64,000 nucleotides of DNA from Anaerolineales bacterium (GTDB lineage: Bacteria > Chloroflexota > Anaerolineae > Anaerolineales > UBA4823), in contig JAFGQI010000170.1 in assembly GCA_016935755.1 (NCBI GenBank), forward strand, positions 5,770 through 69,769, in the 5' to 3' direction. Within the stretch, counting starts at the first letter, position 1, and each line of letters begins with the position of its first letter. Position numbers and translations under genes: made by a program. Below the pieces are notes generated by a model, which was not told the DNA's origin, did not search any database, and worked only from the letters and a program-made list of their open reading frames with translations. Of the stretch, positions 57,967 to 64,000 are shown in pieces.

Positions 57967-59004
57967 TTATTCCAACAGCATATCCTCAACCAGATCACTC
58001 AGCAAGCCTGAGACAAAACGCACCGTCGATATCGTGCGCCCGTAAGCCATTCGCATCGGCCCAAGGACACCCAGAGTGCCAGTCACCAGGCCAGGCACGC
58101 CATAACGCGCCAGGATCATCGAACAATCTCGCAGTTCTTCCCAGGTGCCTTCGCCGCCGATCAAGACCTGAACACCGCTCATTTCACTGGACAGCACTGT
58201 GCGAGTCAATAAATCGTCCAAGAGGGGACGTTCTTCCAGGATGCGCAGCGCTCGGCGAGCCACATCCGCCTCGCCAAATTCCGGTTCCGCCAGCACATTG
58301 GTCAGCCCATCGCGATACAATTCGCCGGTCAGCCCCGTGTTAGAACGGTGCATCTCATCTCCAATAAGTTTCAAGATATCCTGTTCTAAGGGGCCAATTG
58401 CCTGAGCGCGCAGGGTAGAAATCGCCTCGGGCTCCAACCCCAGGCAGACCTGGTTTAACTGCTGGGCAGCCTCGCTCAACTGCTCCTGTGAGACCGGTTC
58501 AGCCAGGCTGAGCATCTGTTGGCTGACCTCGCCCCCACCCATGACCAGGACCATCAAGACCTGTCTCCCACGCGTGGCAATCAATTCGAGGTGCTTGAAA
58601 CGCGGCTGCTCCGAGCGCGGAGCTGTGACCAGAGAGGCCGCCTGGGCCTGATGCGCCAATACCGAAGCTGCCAATCGCATCCACCGGTCGAGATCAGGGC
58701 CTACCTGGTAAAACTGGTGAACGATGGTGCGCTTGGTCGTGGTGGGTAATTCTGTATTGCCCATCAGCTGGCGCACAAAATAACGATAGCCTTCTTCGGT
58801 GGGGACGCGCCCGGCAGAGGTATGCGGCTGGCGCAAAAAGCCCATTTCGGTCAGCGCGACCATGTCATTCCGGATGGTGGCTGAACTCATATCCAGGCCG
58901 TAATAATCGACGATCCGCTGCGAGCCAACCGGCTGAGCGGTTTCGATATAATCCCGAATCACTAAGGCCAGGATCAGTTTTTGTCGTTCTGTCAGGTTTG
59001 TCAT
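57967..59004 (-). CDS. hrcA: heat-inducible transcription repressor HrcA
   Basis: LTERQKLILALVIRDYIETAQPVGSQ. The start is moved to ATG at 59004 because the track start at 59025 lies inside the CIRCE element. Confidence 0.92.
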   Translation of the reverse strand: MTNLTERQKLILALVIRDYIETAQPVGSQRIVDYYGLDMSSATIRNDMVALTEMGFLRQPHTSAGRVPTEEGYRYFVRQLMGNTELPTTTKRTIVHQFYQVGPDLDRWMRLAASVLAHQAQAASLVTAPRSEQPRFKHLELIATRGRQVLMVLVMGGGEVSQQMLSLAEPVSQEQLSEAAQQLNQVCLGLEPEAISTLRAQAIGPLEQDILKLIGDEMHRSNTGLTGELYRDGLTNVLAEPEFGEADVARRALRILEERPLLDDLLTRTVLSSEMSGVQVLIGGEGTWEELRDCSMILARYGVPGLVTGTLGVLGPMRMAYGRTISTVRFVSGLLSDLVEDMLLE

Positions 59005-59018
59005 GGCGTCTACATATT

Positions 59019-59045
59019 TTAGCACTCTCGATACGAGAGTGCTAA
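59019..59045 (-). promoter_or_regulatory. CIRCE operator (HrcA binding site)
   Basis: TTAGCACTC-N9-GAGTGCTAA, a perfect match to the CIRCE consensus. Confidence 0.9.
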
Positions 59046-59058
59046 TTCATCCTTAATG

Positions 59059-59087
59059 ATAATACCATGCGGGCATGAGAACGTCAA
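59059..59087 (-). promoter_or_regulatory. promoter of the hrcA-grpE-dnaK-dnaJ operon
   Basis: Minus strand reads TTGACG, a 17-nt spacer, then TATTAT, immediately upstream of CIRCE. Confidence 0.55.
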
Positions 59088-59177
59088 GAATTGGCGAACC
59101 ACCGGGCAGAATTTCTAATAAGAAGTTAACAAGGGTCGTATCAGGAACAATAAAAGCAAGAGCACGCCTGGCTGCCT

Positions 59178-59924
59178 TCAGCCCCCAGGATGGCGCAAAT
59201 GAGAAAGAGCAGAGGCAAAGTCATCCGGATAAGGCGCGTTGAAGTGCATGGGCTGCGCATTGGCGGGATGGCTCAACAACAGCGACCAGGCATGCAATCC
59301 CAGGCGGGATAATATCGCTGTTTCGCCTTCCGGCCCCAGGCTGCCAGGGTGGATATCCTTCAGAAACAATCCAGCGCTCTTGCCGTAGAGCCTGTCCCCC
59401 ACTAACGAATAACCTTGCGCAGCCAGGTGGACGCGGATCTGGTGGGTGCGCCCCGTGTGTGGGGCCGCCTCGATCAGGGCATAATCACCCAGGTTTTCCA
59501 TCAGGCGCAAGTCAGTTAAAGCCGGCTTCCCCCGTTGGGCGTCCACCACTGTGCGATGCCGGCGATCGCCATCCGGCCTCAATGGCAGATCTACAGACAT
59601 CGTCGCCCAATCGGGTACGCCGCGAACCAGGGCATGATAAACTTTGCTGGCTTTGCGCTGCTCGAACTGCGTGTTCAGGTTTCGATGGGCAGCGGCGTTG
59701 CGAGCGAATGCCATCACTCCGCTGGTTTCCTTATCCAGGCGGTGAATCACCCAGAGAGGCTGGTAGACCTGTTTCAGCAGCCCAACCAGATATGGGGCCT
59801 CTGGGTGATAACCGTCCGGTAAAGTAGGCAGACCCGCTGGCTTATTGACCACCAGCAGGTCCTTATCTAGAAAAAGTACCAGATCTGCAAGATCAGACGT
59901 TATTGCTCGAACCGGAGGGTGCAT
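59178..59924 (-). CDS. RluA-family pseudouridine synthase
   Basis: LLVVNKPAGLPT, HRLDKETSGVMAFA, and TGRTHQIRVHLA. Confidence 0.85.
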   Translation of the reverse strand: MHPPVRAITSDLADLVLFLDKDLLVVNKPAGLPTLPDGYHPEAPYLVGLLKQVYQPLWVIHRLDKETSGVMAFARNAAAHRNLNTQFEQRKASKVYHALVRGVPDWATMSVDLPLRPDGDRRHRTVVDAQRGKPALTDLRLMENLGDYALIEAAPHTGRTHQIRVHLAAQGYSLVGDRLYGKSAGLFLKDIHPGSLGPEGETAILSRLGLHAWSLLLSHPANAQPMHFNAPYPDDFASALSHLRHPGG

Positions 59925-59962
59925 TTGCTATCGCCCACGATGCGTGCCAGCGGTTAACATCT

Positions 59963-61216
59963 CTAAGCCGCTTCAACCACTTTTGCCTCTCCGCGCCGTA
60001 CACCGCTCATCATCAGGAAAGCTACGATCATGAAGAATGGGGCAATCATCATCGTGGAATTATAGTTTCGTCCGGTCAGCTCGATAATCCATCCATTCAC
60101 ATTGGGGCCAGCAATCGCCGCCAGGGTGGAGAACAGGTAATATAAACCGGTGTATGTGCCGAGACGAGATTCATCAGTCATATCCACCACCATAGGCAGT
60201 GAATTGATATTGATCAGCGCCCAGGCAGCTCCAGCAACCATCATCAGCAGACCCAATACCGGCACAACACCCACAACGGGCAGCTTCGTCACGAAAATCG
60301 TGAGGGTTACTTTCGGCAGGAAAAAGATCGATAGCATAACCAGGGTCATCAGGGTGATACCCGTCATAATGGTTTTGCGCCTGCCAAACCTGGCTCCAAT
60401 ATATCCCGCCGGTAAGGCATTGAGCACAAATATCAGCGAAAGCTGCCCCAAGAGGCGTGCGCCATCCGCCTCGGGCAATCCCAGATGTTTGTTGGCATAT
60501 AAAGTGAAGAAAGCCTCTACAGCATTGTAGCCCAGGAACCAAAAGAAGATCGCCAGCAGCATACGCAGAGCGCTTTTATCGCGATCCTTCAACACCTCCT
60601 CCAGGCTCTTCAACATACTGGGCTTTTCTTCGCTCACCTCATACACCTTTGATTCCTTGATGAAGAGAAACACCAGCAAGCTGGAGATGATCACCAGCAC
60701 TGAACCGAGCCAGAAGGGAAATGCAGGGTTCTTTTCATAAAGACTGGCGCCGACCAGGAAGGAAATAATTGCGCCCACGCCGCCCATAAAGTTAATCACC
60801 CCATTAGCCTGAGAGCGAAACTTCGAGGGGGTGATATCAGGCATCAAAGCAATCACTGGCGTGCGCCAGAAGGCCATGCTGAGCAGCAAGGTGCTGGTGC
60901 AGGCAACAAACAGCGGCAGGACAGCAGCAATGGGTATCAGGCCGAAAGCAAGTGCTCCAATTGGAGCGCCGATCAGGATAAATGGCATGCGCCGCCCGAT
61001 TGGAGTGCGCAGGCGGTCAGACCAGGCGCCTACAGGCGGTTGGATCAATAAGGCAGCGATGTTATCCAGGGTCATGAAAAAGCCAATCCAAACTGGCGAA
61101 AGCCCGAATTTATTCGCCAGGAAAAGCGGTACAAATGCATTGTAGACGCCCCAGATAACACTCACACCAAAGAACCCAAAACCGAGCAAGAATGTTTTGC
61201 CGTAATTAAGCTTCAT
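59963..61216 (-). CDS. MFS transporter (GPH/SLC45-like)
   Basis: 12 hydrophobic segments. WSDRLRTPIGRRMPFIL loop motif. Confidence 0.8.
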   Translation of the reverse strand: MKLNYGKTFLLGFGFFGVSVIWGVYNAFVPLFLANKFGLSPVWIGFFMTLDNIAALLIQPPVGAWSDRLRTPIGRRMPFILIGAPIGALAFGLIPIAAVLPLFVACTSTLLLSMAFWRTPVIALMPDITPSKFRSQANGVINFMGGVGAIISFLVGASLYEKNPAFPFWLGSVLVIISSLLVFLFIKESKVYEVSEEKPSMLKSLEEVLKDRDKSALRMLLAIFFWFLGYNAVEAFFTLYANKHLGLPEADGARLLGQLSLIFVLNALPAGYIGARFGRRKTIMTGITLMTLVMLSIFFLPKVTLTIFVTKLPVVGVVPVLGLLMMVAGAAWALININSLPMVVDMTDESRLGTYTGLYYLFSTLAAIAGPNVNGWIIELTGRNYNSTMMIAPFFMIVAFLMMSGVRRGEAKVVEAA

Positions 61217-61238
61217 GGTGCCCTCCGTTTATGTGTAC

Positions 61239-62018
61239 TCATGAATTGGGTGTTTCTTTATCGCGCAATTTCTGTAGGAATTTAAGATCCGTCTCACTCA
61301 GGGGAGCCTTCGCCAGCAGATCAGGGCGGCGCTGCCAGGTCCGCTGCAAAGCCTGCTCTCGCCGCCAGCGCGCCACCTTCCCATGATCGCCAGAAAGGAG
61401 CACCTCGGGCACACCCCAGCCGCGAAACTCGGCCGGCCGGGTATAGTGAGGGTACTCAAGCAGTCCCATGGCATGCGAATCATCGCTGGCCCCATCCGGA
61501 TCACCCAGCGCACCCGGTATCAGGCGGGTAACCGCATCGATCACCACCAGGGCAGCCAGTTCCCCTCCAGATATCACGTAATCGCCAATGGAAATTTCAT
61601 CCGTTACCAGGTACTGACAGACACGTTCATCGATTCCCTCGTAGCGACCGCACAACAGCGCCAACCGCCGGGGCTGGTAAATATCCACAAAACCCTCTCC
61701 TGCCAGTTCCTGAGCTATACGCTGGGTAAAAGTGCGCCCCTGGGGGCTGAGCAAAATCACCGGACAGGCAGGAGGCGCTCCCAGCACACTTTCAAGGGCG
61801 GCGAAAATAGGCTCAGGTTTCATCACCATGCCGCCGCCGCCGCCATAAGGCTCATCATCGGTAATATGATGTCGATCGGAAGTCCAATCACGGATGTTAT
61901 AGAGGTGGACAGCTACCAGACCGTGTTGTTGGGCGCGCTGCAGGATGCTGGTTTGCAGATAGGGTTCAAATACTTCAGGGAAAAGCGTAAATACCTCAAA
62001 CTCGACAGCCGGCTGCAT
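61239..62018 (-). CDS. trmD: tRNA (guanine37-N1)-methyltransferase
   Basis: [45 protein letters not shown]. Confidence 0.93.
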   Translation of the reverse strand: MQPAVEFEVFTLFPEVFEPYLQTSILQRAQQHGLVAVHLYNIRDWTSDRHHITDDEPYGGGGGMVMKPEPIFAALESVLGAPPACPVILLSPQGRTFTQRIAQELAGEGFVDIYQPRRLALLCGRYEGIDERVCQYLVTDEISIGDYVISGGELAALVVIDAVTRLIPGALGDPDGASDDSHAMGLLEYPHYTRPAEFRGWGVPEVLLSGDHGKVARWRREQALQRTWQRRPDLLAKAPLSETDLKFLQKLRDKETPNS

Positions 62019-62062
62019 GGTAATCCCATTCTAGCCGCGAGCGACGGTCTTGGCAAGGTCAT

Positions 62063-62142
62063 CCGGCGGATGTTATCCGGCGGATGTTATCCGGCGGATG
62101 TTATCCGGCGGATGTTATCCGGCGGATGTTATAAACCGGCGG
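62063..62142. repeat. tandem repeat, 14-nt unit CCGGCGGATGTTAT: five full copies plus a partial sixth
   Basis: Perfect copies at 62063, 62077, 62091, 62105 and 62119. A partial copy (CCGGCGG) lies at 62136-62142. The array is intergenic between divergent trmD and the TPR gene. Confidence 0.9.
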
Positions 62143-62165
62143 CTTAGAGTTTGTTTAGCTTCGTC

Positions 62166-62194
62166 TTGCTTCATAACCCTGAGGATGGTATTAT
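62166..62194 (+). promoter_or_regulatory. promoter of the TPR gene (possibly leaderless)
   Basis: TTGCTT, a 17-nt spacer, then TATTAT. The ATG at 62201 begins 7 nt after the -10 hexamer. Confidence 0.4.
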
Positions 62195-62200
62195 GATAGT

Positions 62201-63442
62201 ATGTATCTTCGCGGAAACAAATGGACCATGACACGCCGCACGCGCCGCCCCAGTGTGTGGCGAATTGCCCTGTTAGTTATTCTGATTGGGGCCGCTCTAT
62301 ATATCAACCAGGTCGTCGTGCCAGCCACGCCCCCCTTGTTTATCCCAACCCCTACGCCCACTCGCAGCCCCGAATCATTCGTAAATCAGGCTCAAGAGTT
62401 TTACCAGGCTGGAAAACTGACACAAGCCAGTCAAGCCTATGAAAATGCCATTTTTGCTGATCCAACCAACCCTTCCAACTACATCGAGTTGGCCCGCATA
62501 CAGGCATTTACTGGTAAATATGATAAAGCCGTGGTCAATGCACAAAACGCTCTTTTGCGAAACCCCAACAATCCAACCGCGCATGCTGTTTTGGGCTGGG
62601 CGCTTGGTTTTCAGGAAAAATATGGCGAAGCGGAAATTGAAATTAAGAAAGCCCTCTCCCTGGATCCTAACAGTGCCCTGGCTTATGCATATTATGCAGA
62701 AATCCTGATCAACCAGAGTGATAATGCGCTCTATGACAAAGCCGCCGACGCCTCCAAGAGGGCGCTCAGTCTTGACCCAACCCTGTTGGAAGCTCACCGC
62801 GCCCGGGGAATCGTACTACTGAACACACAAAACCTGGAAGATGCCGTGCAGGAATTTCAGACCGCCATCGGCATCAACCAGAATATCGCGGATCTGCACC
62901 TGTACCTGGGAGTGACCTACCGGGCTTTGCAGGAGTATGACCTGGCGCAGGAATCCTTACTGGCATCCTATGCGCTGAATCCGACTGACACGGTGGCCCT
63001 GACCGAACTCTCGCGGGCCTTTTTCGCCGCCGGGCGCTTCGCCCAGGCAGCTCAATATGCCGAGGAGGCTGCCAAGGTGGACCCGGCTGACCCCCGTTTA
63101 CATGGCAATCTGGGCGTCATCTATTACAAACAGGGCGAATACAATAAAGCCATCTCCGAACTGCAGCTGGCGGTACGGGGTGGCACTGCCGGGGAGGGGG
63201 TCGCAGTCGAAGGCCTGCCTCTGGATTATGGCAGGGTGGAAGAATATTACTGGTTTTATGGTTTCGCCCTGGCCCGATCAGATCGCTGCGCTGAAGCTGT
63301 GCCTATTTTCCAGGCGCTGCTAACCGGCGTGCCCAACGATGAAATTGCTGTCTACAATGCCACGGAGGGTCTGGCTGTCTGCCAGGCCAGCCTCAATGCG
63401 CCAACCCCCACGCCCACCGTGCAGGTTACACCTACGCCCTAA
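62201..63442 (+). CDS. membrane-anchored TPR-repeat protein
   Basis: N-terminal TM helix followed by multiple TPR units (A..Y..AI..DP.N). ATG at 62228 is an alternative start. Confidence 0.8.
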   Translation: MYLRGNKWTMTRRTRRPSVWRIALLVILIGAALYINQVVVPATPPLFIPTPTPTRSPESFVNQAQEFYQAGKLTQASQAYENAIFADPTNPSNYIELARIQAFTGKYDKAVVNAQNALLRNPNNPTAHAVLGWALGFQEKYGEAEIEIKKALSLDPNSALAYAYYAEILINQSDNALYDKAADASKRALSLDPTLLEAHRARGIVLLNTQNLEDAVQEFQTAIGINQNIADLHLYLGVTYRALQEYDLAQESLLASYALNPTDTVALTELSRAFFAAGRFAQAAQYAEEAAKVDPADPRLHGNLGVIYYKQGEYNKAISELQLAVRGGTAGEGVAVEGLPLDYGRVEEYYWFYGFALARSDRCAEAVPIFQALLTGVPNDEIAVYNATEGLAVCQASLNAPTPTPTVQVTPTP

Positions 63443-63507
63443 ATGGATCATATTCATGGGCTGCATAGATCATGGGACAGGCAATATTGAACGGGACAAG
63501 GGAGCAA

Positions 63508-64000
63508 ATGGATCGAGAACTGGTTGGTAAACGGCCTTCTTTTCGCCCAGGCCGTCCAGGTTCGAATTTCTTTCGCGTTACCCTGTGGTTAGCTCTAATT
63601 CTGGGGTTTGTCTGGTTAATCCTCAGCTACCAACGAGGCCAGATTATCTCTCCATTGGCGCCCACTTCTACCCCTACACGTATGGCTGCCTCTTATTTCC
63701 TTGAAGCGCAGGCCTACTTCGCCGCTGGCAAACTGGATGACCCCAGCAATGCCACCCCTGGCCCAGGTGTGCCGCGCATTAACGACGCCATCGAAGCCTA
63801 CAAAGCTGCCCTGGAAACCGACCCCAACAACGCCCAGGCCTGGGCCGAACTGGCTCGCATCCAGGCCTATTCATCCAGTATGTTGCGGAACGACACAGAT
63901 AAACTAAATCGTCTGGCAGAAGCCAAGGCTTCTGCCGACAAAGCAATTGCGCTGGACACAGAGGACAGCACCATCCGCGCCATCCGCGCTTTTGTGTTGG
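63508..64000 (+). CDS. membrane-anchored TPR-repeat protein, 3' end beyond the window
   Basis: Hand translation gives MDRELVGKRPSF..VTLWLALILGFVWLIL..AIEAYKAALETDPNNAQAWAELARIQAY. AGGGAG RBS. Not in the ORF track because it is open at the edge. Confidence 0.7.
   Translation, partial: MDRELVGKRPSFRPGRPGSNFFRVTLWLALILGFVWLILSYQRGQIISPLAPTSTPTRMAASYFLEAQAYFAAGKLDDPSNATPGPGVPRINDAIEAYKAALETDPNNAQAWAELARIQAYSSSMLRNDTDKLNRLAEAKASADKAIALDTEDSTIRAIRAFVL

Noticed and set aside
62063-62142. The repeat array as a CRISPR array.
   Set aside because: The units are 14 nt and directly abutting with no spacers, and no cas genes are present in the window.

Overview
This window reads as a chromosomal segment from a GC-rich bacterium. 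About 60 protein genes are mostly housekeeping. The cis-elements (T-box, SAM-I riboswitch, CIRCE/HrcA) and the Thr/Pro-rich lipoprotein linkers suggest a Chloroflexota/Anaerolineae-like genome, but that placement is inference only.

Conserved blocks:
- metG and sigA
- tRNA-Val, a Thr T-box, thrS, then infC-rpmI-rplT
- metK behind a SAM-I riboswitch
- cdsA-uppS-frr-pyrH-tsf-rpsB (minus strand)
- gyrA
- a MacAB-type efflux operon
- a CIRCE-controlled hrcA-grpE-dnaK-dnaJ-prmA operon
- trmD

Accessory content:
- A DUF433/DUF5615 pair.
- A visibly AT-richer islet (about 18.3-20.3 kb) holding a small membrane protein, a beta-propeller lipoprotein, an RHS-core relic and yefM-yoeB.
- A same-strand 11-gene block (20.6-29.5 kb): an ABC-2 exporter split by three tandem GNAT genes, two more double-domain GNATs, a HAD hydrolase, an amidase and an MFS transporter.

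Most interesting observations, all in regions the ORF track does not explain:
1. An unannotated 29-codon Cys-rich ORF sits directly in front of the GNAT/ABC block. It has its own promoter and operator-like palindrome, and is followed by twin terminators that share an arm.
2. A promoter, a Met-codon-rich leader ORF and an intrinsic terminator lie immediately upstream of metG. This looks like leader-peptide attenuation rather than a T-box.
3. A kamA-asnB-PP-loop three-gene operon of unknown product.
4. A 14-nt tandem repeat (five full copies plus a partial sixth) in the trmD/TPR divergent promoter region.

I saw no rRNA, CRISPR array, transposase or recognisable phage genes.
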